Shown here one piece after another: positions 35,658 to 44,268 of a stretch of 64,000 nucleotides of DNA. A program made the position numbers and the translations under genes. This stretch comes from a virus (Duplodnaviria > Caudoviricetes), in the IMG/VR virus record IMGVR_UViG_2513237354_000022, positions 1 to 64,000 of that record. The stretch is one strand, 5' to 3'. The notes under the pieces are model-generated. The model had not been told where the DNA came from and ran no database searches. It saw only the letters and a program-made list of their open reading frames with translations. The stretch's first letter is position 1, and every line of letters starts with the position of its first letter.

Positions 35658-36815
35658 ATGCTCACGGTCAAACCGATTGAAGCAGCAAAGCCAAAAGACA
35701 AGCCCTACCGCCTGCTTGATAGCAACGGGCTGTACCTTTACATACCTGCTTCCGGGAAAAAAGTGTGGCAGCTACGCTTTAAACTGGACGGTAAAGAGAA
35801 AATTTTAACCGTGGGTAAATATCCTCATGTGTCTTTGCAGGAGGCTCGCGACAAAGCCTGGCAGGCAAGAAAAGATGTGGCAGATGGTATAGATCCGGTA
35901 AGGACCAAAAAAAGGAGCGAGAAGGATAACTCATTCTCGGTGATCTATAAGGAATGGTACGCCCATAAGCGTCAGGTATGGTCTGAAGGGTACGCGACTG
36001 AATTACAGCGGATGTTTGAAACTGATATTCTCCCGCTCATAGGGGCGATGGAGATGGACGAAATCGAGCCGATGGCTCTTTTGTCTGTTGTGAGGAGGAT
36101 TGAAGAGCGTGGGGCCATGGAGAGAGCAAACAAGGCCCGGCGTCGTTGTGGTGAGGTTTTTCGTTACGCCATCGTAACAGGAAGAGCAAAGTATAACCCC
36201 GCTCCCGATCTCGCTGATGCCATGAAGGGATACAGGAAGAAGAATTTCCCGTTCCTTCCGGCTGATCAGGTCCCGGCATTCAACCAGGCCTTAGCGGGAT
36301 ATTCAGGCAGCATAGTTTCGAAGGTTGCAACGATGGTTTTGCAATACACAGCCCTGAGAACAAAAGAGCTAAGATCTATGCGATGGTCTGACGTCGATTT
36401 CGCTACTGGGCTAATTACAATTGACGAATCAGTCATGAAAAGCCGTAAACCGCATATCGTCCCTATGTCGCGCCAAGTAACTGAACTTCTTAAGACATTA
36501 AAGCCGGTCACTGAACCAGTATCGCAGTTCGTATTTGCAGGAAGAAACGATAAAAGGAAGTCGATTAGTGAAAACGCCGTTCTGCTGGTCATTCGCCAAA
36601 TCGGATATGAGGGACTGGCGAGCGGCCACGGCTTCCGCCATCAATTCAGCACCATTTTACACGAGCATGAATGGCCTTCTGAGGCGATAGAGCGCCAGCT
36701 TGCCCACACAGACAAGCACTCAGTTCGCGGGATCTATAACCACGCCCAATATCTGGATAAAAGGCGTGAGATGATGCAGTGGTGGGCTGACTGGGTAGAC
36801 GGCAACGTCACATGA
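35658..36815 (+). CDS. intS: IntS-like tyrosine integrase
   Basis: 385 aa; MLTVK.IEAAKPK.KPYRLLD, TALRTKELR, SGHGFRH, RGIYNHAQYL as in KpLE1 IntS; adjacent to argW. Confidence 0.95.
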   Translation: MLTVKPIEAAKPKDKPYRLLDSNGLYLYIPASGKKVWQLRFKLDGKEKILTVGKYPHVSLQEARDKAWQARKDVADGIDPVRTKKRSEKDNSFSVIYKEWYAHKRQVWSEGYATELQRMFETDILPLIGAMEMDEIEPMALLSVVRRIEERGAMERANKARRRCGEVFRYAIVTGRAKYNPAPDLADAMKGYRKKNFPFLPADQVPAFNQALAGYSGSIVSKVATMVLQYTALRTKELRSMRWSDVDFATGLITIDESVMKSRKPHIVPMSRQVTELLKTLKPVTEPVSQFVFAGRNDKRKSISENAVLLVIRQIGYEGLASGHGFRHQFSTILHEHEWPSEAIERQLAHTDKHSVRGIYNHAQYLDKRREMMQWWADWVDGNVT

Positions 36816-36878
36816 TGTAAGAAAAGGGATGGCGATTTACCATATAAGACACAAATCTTGGACATCGCCATAATGAGA

Positions 36879-37469
36879 TTAAGCCGCTGGTGGCGTAGGC
36901 CAAGTGATATCCGGTGCGGTAGAGGTATCCACTGCTTTCACAGCTTTGGTGTAATTCATCCACTCAATCAGACTCACTTTATCTTCGTCACCGATAATCC
37001 CCAGCGCCAATTCTGTTTTCCAGTCGCTTGTCACCTCTGCGGCATTATCAAGTAATGCCTGCTTTTGCTGGTTCGCCGCTTCTACATCGGCAGCATGCTG
37101 GGCATCGGTATCAGTCACCCACTTTTTCCCGTCCCACTTTTGGTATGGGCCTGAAGGTGCAATGCTGGTGTAACCGGCCTTAATGGGGCCTATATAATCA
37201 ACAGTAGAAACTGAGCCATCAGCGGTTGAATAAACCGTATCCCCCCGATGGTCTTCATTCTGCACCCATTCACCATTACTAAAAACCGCAATCTTTCCTG
37301 TCACTTCTTCACCAGGGTCAATATCTGTGGAGTGACCGGGCATACTCACCCCGACATTTATATATTCGTCTGACCACCCCATATATTCCGAAGTTACCGG
37401 GTCGTAATAAAAACAACGGATCTCCCCCGGCTGTGTTGCCAGCCCCTTATCATCAAAAACAGGTTTCAT
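36879..37469 (-). CDS. Tail fibre assembly chaperone (Tfa), prophage 2
   Basis: EDHRG..VYST.DG, KWDG..WV.D, DWKTEL.LG, ITWP..P. Confidence 0.92.
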   Translation of the reverse strand: MKPVFDDKGLATQPGEIRCFYYDPVTSEYMGWSDEYINVGVSMPGHSTDIDPGEEVTGKIAVFSNGEWVQNEDHRGDTVYSTADGSVSTVDYIGPIKAGYTSIAPSGPYQKWDGKKWVTDTDAQHAADVEAANQQKQALLDNAAEVTSDWKTELALGIIGDEDKVSLIEWMNYTKAVKAVDTSTAPDITWPTPPAA

Positions 37470-38254
37470 TATTTTGCCCTTACCAGGAAGTTAAATGCGA
37501 TGTTACGTGGACGGTTTTCTGATGCCGTAGGAACCTGCAATGAAGCATCAAATTTGATACCAAGGTTCCCTGTAATCGCTGTACTCTGAGCGGTTGTTGC
37601 ACCGCGACCGCCGCCGTTGATCACCTGTGGTGCCATTGCGCCGCTATAGTTCACATTTGGCAACCAGCCAAACCCAGAATCAGGCTGCTGCGATAGAGCA
37701 GAAGTGCCGGTAATATTCCGAATCGCATCTCCCTGCGCACTCAAAAGTGCACGCCCACTGTCAACACCACGCCCATCATCCCAGATTCGAGGGAATTCAC
37801 CGCGAGCCTCGGTCAGGGTCAGGCTGGGAATCACAAGCGCCAGTTTGGGGTATGTCGTCGCCGAGAATGTCGCACCATTGAACTTCAAAAACACCATGTC
37901 GGCCCATTCAGTCATAACCGTATTAGGCATCGCTGAGGACGGCCAGAAGAATGGAATCCCGATTGCTGGAGCGCCAGCCCCTAAACGGAGGTTTGTGGTT
38001 AGTGCGTTCGTGAACTTGGTCACCAGCCCGTTAACGTCTGCATTATCCAGGGCGTCCGCCCCGGAGTTTGCAATAAACTGCCCAATCAGCGCGCCAATGG
38101 TCGTCGCCTGGCGAATGGCTTTGTTTACCTGAGCGCTGGATGCTTTACCCGCAGTAAACCCGGACAGCAAAGCCGGAAGCGCCTCCCAGTCAGCCTGTGA
38201 CATGACGTTAGCGTTAGGATCAAGCGCAAACGCTTTAAAGTTATTTGTTGCCAT
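37469..38254 (-). CDS. Short tail fibre protein with collar domain, prophage 2
   Basis: MATNNFKAF N-terminus; IGIPFFWP...YPKLA...RGEF.R.WDDGRGVD.GR; ends RPRNIAFNFLVRAK. Confidence 0.9.
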   Translation of the reverse strand: MATNNFKAFALDPNANVMSQADWEALPALLSGFTAGKASSAQVNKAIRQATTIGALIGQFIANSGADALDNADVNGLVTKFTNALTTNLRLGAGAPAIGIPFFWPSSAMPNTVMTEWADMVFLKFNGATFSATTYPKLALVIPSLTLTEARGEFPRIWDDGRGVDSGRALLSAQGDAIRNITGTSALSQQPDSGFGWLPNVNYSGAMAPQVINGGGRGATTAQSTAITGNLGIKFDASLQVPTASENRPRNIAFNFLVRAK

Positions 38255-38934
38255 TAGAGTAAAGTCCCCCATGCTCCTACATCGAACCCGGCGATGTATT
38301 CGTTATCCATATCAAAACCAAAGAATTTAGAACCCTCGGAAGGTGTTTCTACCGAAGGCGTTTCAACATCACCAGCCCATACGCCAGCTGCTTTAACGGT
38401 CAGATAGCCCTGTTTGATAGCGGCGATCAGTTCGAGCGACACATCAGCAATATCAGTCTCGGGGAATACCCAGACCGAAATCGTCATGTCCTGGTTGTCG
38501 ACGATCTGCATCTTCAGGCCAGAGCCAGCAGTTGCAGCGTCCAGAATGGGAGGCAGCGAGTCGTTCCGCCCGTCCCAGTTGTTGATAGCGATCTTCGCTT
38601 TCAGAATGATGCGGTAGGTATCATCGCTTAGCGACGTATAGCCCGAATCCGGGTCATACGGTCCCTGCCATACGCCCTGGTCATATCCAAGCCCTTCAGT
38701 ATCCCAACTGAAATAAACGCCGGTGATCGGTTGGCTGACTATGCGACTTCGCCCAATCCAGAGTCCGAGCGTGTCGAGCTGCACACCGACCGCCGTATCG
38801 ATATCGAAGGCTGTTACAAGCCCTGACATAGTGCTGGACACATCAATCAGCGGGCGGGTGCTCAGATCTATATGGTCAAAAAAGAGTGGCTTGGTAGCGT
38901 GGTAGTTAGTGATCAGTTCGGTGTATTTGCTCAT
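38254..38934 (-). CDS. Baseplate wedge protein (DUF2612-like)
   Basis: FDIDTAVGVQLD.LG.WIG, LSDDTYR..LKAKI. Confidence 0.88.
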   Translation of the reverse strand: MSKYTELITNYHATKPLFFDHIDLSTRPLIDVSSTMSGLVTAFDIDTAVGVQLDTLGLWIGRSRIVSQPITGVYFSWDTEGLGYDQGVWQGPYDPDSGYTSLSDDTYRIILKAKIAINNWDGRNDSLPPILDAATAGSGLKMQIVDNQDMTISVWVFPETDIADVSLELIAAIKQGYLTVKAAGVWAGDVETPSVETPSEGSKFFGFDMDNEYIAGFDVGAWGTLL

Positions 38935-40130
38935 GAGGTCACCGTGATACTGATATTCGCGGTGCTACAGGACGCAGAAGCATCATAGGCAATATCAATA
39001 TTTGATGCCGATACGCTGCCAGACGACTTACCGATCAGCAGTTCGGTAATATCGTAATAGCGGGCATTCCCGCCGCTCACGACGCCAAGGTTTGCCGGGG
39101 AATAAATGCGGCTCAGCAGAACGTCGTCGCCAATTGTCAGGCCATTTATATAATCGGCAACAGCCTGTTTGATCTGCTCGCCGATTTGAGAGGTATACCC
39201 GGTAAAAACTTTCAGGCTAATGGCTACGTAAATTGGCACATCGGTAGAGCGTGAAAAACTGATCACGTGAGGGTTACCGTAAGTATCCGGCACCGTAACA
39301 GAAGTTTTACCGTAAGTTGCGGTTCCCTGTCCTTTATTCCCCCTGATGGTCTGGGCTATTTCGGTAACATCTCCACCATCGACGATAGCGGAAATCGAGT
39401 GCGGTGGCAGCCCGTTGCTGTCGGTTGCTCCTGTGTCGTTCTCGTACAGCTTGTGACGTGTCACGCCCGCAACATTAGCGATTGCACCGTCAACGCCTTC
39501 AAACGGTGTGATCGATGGTAGCGCGACGCTCTGGTCCTGCCGTATGCGCAGCTCTGCGTCGGTTTCGGCTGGTGAACCGACAGTAGCCGCAGCCGGGTTG
39601 GTTACCGACACCCAGCCGCGAGTCGGTGTGTTAATAGTGGTGATAGTCCCGGCCATCGCCGCAACCGAACCGCTATTCGCGCATGTGCCCGTCACCAGCA
39701 CAGTACCATCAACGCCGATCGCTACACTCGCAGGAAAATTCCAGATAATGCCGTTTTTATCCCGGGCGGAGCCGTTCGTGATAGTCGTGCCCGCCGTACC
39801 GGTTAACAGAAGGTCAGCAGTAGAGTTTGTCGCTACTTTTCGCGTGATCCCGTTAATTTTCACATTGCTGCTAAGCGCTGCGGCCTGCGCTGTCGTCGGT
39901 GAAAACGAGTTATAGATCTCGATAGCGGTGTTGTTAGCGTCATGCACGGCAAGAGCCACCAGCGCGACCATTTGCCCGTCTTTGCTGTCTGGTTCGAGGT
40001 AGGCATCACTACCGTAAATCTGCCTGAAATAGCTGGTCAGTGTATCAAGGATTGTCTGGTAATCAGGCGCACTAATCCCCTGGGCGGTTACCGTTGCCGA
40101 TAGCCCCAGCGTGTCGAGGTTCAAAGCCAT
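38931..40130 (-). CDS. Baseplate J/gp47-family protein
   Basis: 399 aa; G...ETDAELR.R, NGLPPHSI..IVDGG. Confidence 0.92.
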   Translation of the reverse strand: MALNLDTLGLSATVTAQGISAPDYQTILDTLTSYFRQIYGSDAYLEPDSKDGQMVALVALAVHDANNTAIEIYNSFSPTTAQAAALSSNVKINGITRKVATNSTADLLLTGTAGTTITNGSARDKNGIIWNFPASVAIGVDGTVLVTGTCANSGSVAAMAGTITTINTPTRGWVSVTNPAAATVGSPAETDAELRIRQDQSVALPSITPFEGVDGAIANVAGVTRHKLYENDTGATDSNGLPPHSISAIVDGGDVTEIAQTIRGNKGQGTATYGKTSVTVPDTYGNPHVISFSRSTDVPIYVAISLKVFTGYTSQIGEQIKQAVADYINGLTIGDDVLLSRIYSPANLGVVSGGNARYYDITELLIGKSSGSVSASNIDIAYDASASCSTANISITVTS

Positions 40131-40484
40131 TTATGCCTCGCTTGTTAAAGTCGTCTGGCCGTAGATTGTGTCAATGGAGGAAGTGAAGTTGACGCGGCGG
40201 CTGGTGCCGTCATAATTGGTATCGAAGGAAAGAATAGACAGAACGCCCGGCGTGTCCTGTATGCGTTCGCGTATAGCCAGGATGTAGACGTCTGATCGCT
40301 GTTTACCAAGCACCGACTGAACATACGGGGTGCCTTCAGTCAGGTCGAGAAACCACTGACCGCGCCACAGTTCGAAACGGGTTTTCACGGCCTGGGCGAC
40401 GCACTCCGGACTGTCGATAAGGAAAGTATCGTCACCCTGTCCGAAAGTGTAATCGCCGTCAGCATCTTCGCGACGGTATCGCAT
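40131..40484 (-). CDS. Baseplate wedge/W-like (gp46-like) protein
   Basis: MRYRREDADGDYTFG...GQWFLDLTEGTPY. Confidence 0.88.
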   Translation of the reverse strand: MRYRREDADGDYTFGQGDDTFLIDSPECVAQAVKTRFELWRGQWFLDLTEGTPYVQSVLGKQRSDVYILAIRERIQDTPGVLSILSFDTNYDGTSRRVNFTSSIDTIYGQTTLTSEA

Positions 40485-40487
40485 AAA

Positions 40488-40625
40488 TCACCACCAGCGT
40501 ATAGCGCTAATAACGCTTGATAGGCCGAATAAAAAGAACACGGCCCAGATGAGGAAGAATTTCCAGTTGGGTAGTTTTTCGCCCATGACTCGCAACTCCC
40601 GTATCAGTTTGCTAAAATCAATCAC
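40488..40625 (-). CDS. 45-aa membrane peptide (not in ORF track)
   Basis: GGGAGA RBS, GTG start; MIDFSKLIRELRVMGEKLPNWKFFLIWAVFFLFGLSSVISAIRWW. Confidence 0.65.
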   Translation of the reverse strand: MIDFSKLIRELRVMGEKLPNWKFFLIWAVFFLFGLSSVISAIRWW

Positions 40626-40658
40626 ATATTCTCCCTTGCCATCCTCAAGGTGCAGAAA

Positions 40659-40697
40659 GTAAAAAGCCCCGAAGTGTTAGCGCACCCGGGGCTTTTG
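40659..40697. terminator. Bidirectional terminator-like hairpin after the spike gene
   Basis: AAAAAGCCCCG...CGGGGCTTTT. Confidence 0.7.
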
Positions 40698-40712
40698 TCT
40701 GTTTGGTAGTTT

Positions 40713-41453
40713 TTAATTAGGCGCGGCAGTATTACCACTGCCAGTCTGCACGCCGCCGTGAGTGTGCGTCGTCAGGCTCTTGCCGCCTGCTTTTACGTCA
40801 TTCGTTACCGTCACCGGTCCGAGCATCGTCGCCGTACCTCCGCTTTCGCCCATTCCCTGAGACAGATTGCCGTTAATAGTTACGTTGCCGTTCAGCGTTA
40901 TGGTTGGGGATGTAATTGTCGTTCCACCTTCAGCCGTAGCAGTAAGCTGGCCCGGCGTTTTAACGGTGATGTTATGTCCTGCTGCGACCTCTACGAACGC
41001 CGCACCATCATCGGTGCGCAGCTGCGCGGCGCTGGTACTGATACCGCTGATTTTCTGCGCTTGCGACTGCGGGCCAACGATGGCGAACGCATCAGATAAA
41101 TCATGCTGGCGCGGGTCGACGGTCTCCTGAACTCCGCCACTCTGCCACCAAAAATCGATGCAACGGTCGGCAAAGATCAGCAGGCATTCGTCGCCTTCCT
41201 TAACCGGAAAGGTCAGCGTGCAACCGCCGCCGCGCGGGAAGATGACCGGCACATCCACCAGCGGTTTTAATTCGGTGGAGCCATCGCCAACGACACCGCG
41301 AAGCGCCACCTCTACCGTGCAGGTAACAGAGTCAGGGTCGAACGACTGAATGATGCCGGGCATCGCTACGCGCATCTGGGTAGACACCGAATCAGCAATG
41401 GCCTGCGCGGTCTGCTGCTCGCCGCCGATCTGTGATTGAGTTGGAATTGGCAT
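40713..41453 (-). CDS. Baseplate central spike (Gp138/gpV-like), prophage 2
   Basis: MRVAMPGII, DVPVIFPRGGG, GDECL.IFADRCID.W, C-terminal HTHGGV. Confidence 0.92.
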   Translation of the reverse strand: MPIPTQSQIGGEQQTAQAIADSVSTQMRVAMPGIIQSFDPDSVTCTVEVALRGVVGDGSTELKPLVDVPVIFPRGGGCTLTFPVKEGDECLLIFADRCIDFWWQSGGVQETVDPRQHDLSDAFAIVGPQSQAQKISGISTSAAQLRTDDGAAFVEVAAGHNITVKTPGQLTATAEGGTTITSPTITLNGNVTINGNLSQGMGESGGTATMLGPVTVTNDVKAGGKSLTTHTHGGVQTGSGNTAAPN

Positions 41454-41486
41454 AAAAACCCCATAAAAAACCCGCTCGACGGCGGG

Positions 41487-41924
41487 TTATAATTTTGCTT
41501 CTGGATAACATCTACAGCGACCATCAGGACAACACTTTCCCTCTCCGGGATGACCACCTTTAGGCGGCTTACTCCACGAAAATGTTTTCCCATTATTTTT
41601 AGCGCATTCAGCACACTCGTCACCATCCTCGCAGGAGCGCCAAATATAACGTTTAATACCCAAGCGAGATTGCTTTATCCTCTCTGCCTCGGAGTGACGA
41701 CGGCTATTTTCGGCGAGGTGTTCAGCATAGCGCGAGTTATCCTTCTCAATTTCTTCTTTGCTTCGCCGCTTCCCATTTGCTGGCTTTGATTTTTGGTAAG
41801 CAACCCGTTTATTTCGATTGTATGATTTAATAATTGCGTCTTCATTTCTGCGTTTTTTAAATTTTAAATATTTAACAAATGCAAAAACAATCACGAATAA
41901 AATAATAATATATGCAGGTTCCAT
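41487..41924 (-). CDS. Membrane-anchored protein with C-terminal Mu gpF-like domain (moron)
   Basis: N-terminal YIIILFVIVFAFV followed by a Lys/Arg cluster; YIWRSCEDGD...GK.F.W..PP..GHPGE...CRCYPE; AT-rich. Confidence 0.72.
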   Translation of the reverse strand: MEPAYIIILFVIVFAFVKYLKFKKRRNEDAIIKSYNRNKRVAYQKSKPANGKRRSKEEIEKDNSRYAEHLAENSRRHSEAERIKQSRLGIKRYIWRSCEDGDECAECAKNNGKTFSWSKPPKGGHPGEGKCCPDGRCRCYPEAKL

Positions 41925-42292
41925 TATTTAACCTTTACACAATCATAAGTTGCATATTGTCTTGGTGCATCCATGCTGGCTTGCAGCCACTGAGCATTGA
42001 GGATAGCTTTTCCGTTTCGCTTGATGTACTCAAGACCAACCCATCGCCCCGGTTGGTTTGTAGCCATACGCCAATCCATTTTTATATTGTCGTAGTCTTC
42101 TTTTTGTTTCAGAAATGTCAATTTCTGATACTCGGGCTTTGCTCCATTTATGCGAGGAAAGCCGTCATTAGTACCACTCGTTGAGAAAGTGAAATCACCG
42201 CACTTCATATAGACTTTTCCTGCTGCATTTGCACCAGAAGCAGCTGTTAAGCAAATTAAGCCAGAAAATATTCCTGAGATTATCCTTTTCAT
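41924..42292 (-). CDS. Sec-exported hypothetical protein (moron)
   Basis: Signal peptide ending ANA; Cys near each end; stop/start overlap with the next gene. Confidence 0.72.
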   Translation of the reverse strand: MKRIISGIFSGLICLTAASGANAAGKVYMKCGDFTFSTSGTNDGFPRINGAKPEYQKLTFLKQKEDYDNIKMDWRMATNQPGRWVGLEYIKRNGKAILNAQWLQASMDAPRQYATYDCVKVK

Positions 42293-43356
42293 TAGGCACC
42301 CGTTTTCATCAAAGTCGAATCATTAATCAGGGTAGAAGCCCCACGCGCAAAACACATCAAATCCATGTACCACGCCTGACCTCTGGTGTCGCCAGTATAG
42401 TCGATAGCTTTGACGATATAAACGCCATCCGTCGCAATGCTGGCAGCCTGTGACGTCGTACCTGTCAGCACGCGGTTGCCGTTCTCTTCCGTCTCGGTGA
42501 TGCGCCCCGGCGACTGTGCGATTTCGCTATTACCGAGCGCGGCGCGATACACCGAAGCCTGATCGAGCTGGATAAGGCCATTGATGCGGATGTTGGGATT
42601 TATCAGGCACCGCACGTTTACGCCGCCGCCCATCGTCTGTTGCGGCATACCGATCAGGCCAGTATCGGCATTCAACACGATGGCTTCGTGAATATATTTA
42701 TCCTCCGGCACCATCTGAACCTGACCATCCACCAGCTGCCATGTCGCTTTGCACTGCGCAGCAATATTATCCATCACGTTCCGGGTGGATGAGTAAATCG
42801 CGCGGCCACGAGGAAACACGGTATCAGGAAAGTCGCCAGTAATGCCCTGCGTCACGCCGAACGCGTTGAAATCCTGCATCGTCGCCCGGTGCAGATCCGC
42901 AACGGTATAGCCAGCGGCAAGCGTGGTGATGGTGGTCGCATAAAGGAACGCTTCGTGATCACCAATAGCCTGAATCAACACCCAGGAATCGGTAATGTTG
43001 TCCTTCCCGGTGACGGTGAAGCGAATATCACCGTCAAAAATCAGGCCGTAGTTCTGACCATTCACCTGCCCTATCTGGTCTGGTGAAATCTCCCGGGCGA
43101 CACCAACCTGGCTCGCATCAACTTCCGGCGCTATACCGTCATATCCGGCAATGATGCGAATTTTGGCAAACTCCTGCCCCAGTATCTTGTTCGTGGTATC
43201 GGTCGAAAGGTTGTAAATTTTCACGTTTGCCACGCGCGGCCAGCGTGTATCTGCCCACTCAATCTGGAACGTGACCTTAAAATCTGACAGAGAAACACCC
43301 TGCCCGTTCTGGTCCAACAGCTGCAACTCAAAATGGCGCATCCAGTTAAGAGACAT
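42292..43356 (-). CDS. Baseplate hub protein, prophage 2
   Basis: ANVKIYNLS, LNADTGLIGMPQQT, V.CLINP.I. Confidence 0.85.
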   Translation of the reverse strand: MSLNWMRHFELQLLDQNGQGVSLSDFKVTFQIEWADTRWPRVANVKIYNLSTDTTNKILGQEFAKIRIIAGYDGIAPEVDASQVGVAREISPDQIGQVNGQNYGLIFDGDIRFTVTGKDNITDSWVLIQAIGDHEAFLYATTITTLAAGYTVADLHRATMQDFNAFGVTQGITGDFPDTVFPRGRAIYSSTRNVMDNIAAQCKATWQLVDGQVQMVPEDKYIHEAIVLNADTGLIGMPQQTMGGGVNVRCLINPNIRINGLIQLDQASVYRAALGNSEIAQSPGRITETEENGNRVLTGTTSQAASIATDGVYIVKAIDYTGDTRGQAWYMDLMCFARGASTLINDSTLMKTGA

Positions 43357-43358
43357 TT

Positions 43359-43664
43359 CTACTCCTGTACGAAAATGAGGTGGCTGTATGTGCCGAGGTT
43401 GGTTTTGGTGGGCTCGTCTGGTGCGCCCTTATCTGTCGCCACCACCAGCGCGCCATCAATGCCAAGCTGTGGATATTGTCGTAATAGGTTCACACCGGTC
43501 AGCAGAGGTACGCCAGACAGAAGCGCAGCACCGCCGCTATCCATCACGTCCATAATCCAGCCAGCCGCGTCACGCCAGATGATCCTGAGCGTGTATGTCG
43601 TATCGCCCAGCAAAACGCGGAACTGCTGATTGTCGGGAGAAAGCGGTATTTCGTTAAACTGCAT
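43359..43664 (-). CDS. Baseplate plug-like protein
   Basis: EIPLSPDNQQF, GVPL.TGVNLL.QY. Confidence 0.8.
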   Translation of the reverse strand: MQFNEIPLSPDNQQFRVLLGDTTYTLRIIWRDAAGWIMDVMDSGGAALLSGVPLLTGVNLLRQYPQLGIDGALVVATDKGAPDEPTKTNLGTYSHLIFVQE

Positions 43665-43665
43665 G

Positions 43666-44268
43666 TCATCCCCCGAATGCTGATGTAACGGTTCCGCCCA
43701 ACTGGCTCAGCAGCGATTCATTTGGCGGTGTCGTGGATTTCGTCCCGGAATTCTGCACCGCCGATGTGCTGACGCCATCTTGCATATCTGATTTATCAGC
43801 AACGCTAACGCTCTGCGTTTGCGACATGATCACTTCACGCAGGGTAAGCGTGCAGTTAAGCACGTTCTCGCTGGTTTTATCCGTTGTCACCTCGATGGCG
43901 CGTACCAGCATATTGCTGTACACCCTCTTTCCTGTCACCACATCGAACGGCACCCGAGAGGACTGGAGATCCAGCATTTGCTGATAGGTCTCTTTCGGGC
44001 TTAGTCCGGCACTGAGGCCGATTGAAGATGTATCAATGAAGTCCAGCAACGAACCGCCACCAGCGAAGCCGCATTCCATTGTGACTTCGCTGGGGCGCTT
44101 ATACGCATGATCGGCGATGAAGCCCGAAGCGCTATTCGTTGTTGGCTTCTCCACCGGGTGCTCAGTAATTTCGAGCGCATCAGAATGCTTTTCGGAGACG
44201 ACCACGCTGGGGATCAGCAGGCCAATTCGCCGGGATTGCTGGCGAAAAATCGCTGATAAAATATCCAT
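43666..44268 (-). CDS. Baseplate/tail-tube initiator protein
   Basis: EKHSDALEITEHPVE...IADHAYKRP. Confidence 0.82.
   Translation of the reverse strand: MDILSAIFRQQSRRIGLLIPSVVVSEKHSDALEITEHPVEKPTTNSASGFIADHAYKRPSEVTMECGFAGGGSLLDFIDTSSIGLSAGLSPKETYQQMLDLQSSRVPFDVVTGKRVYSNMLVRAIEVTTDKTSENVLNCTLTLREVIMSQTQSVSVADKSDMQDGVSTSAVQNSGTKSTTPPNESLLSQLGGTVTSAFGG

Noticed and set aside
35658-37469. intS lying next to tail-fibre genes as evidence of a deleted or orphan element
   Set aside because: In KpLE1/HK620-type modules the integrase is at the tail end and the directionality factor at the other end, so this layout is expected.
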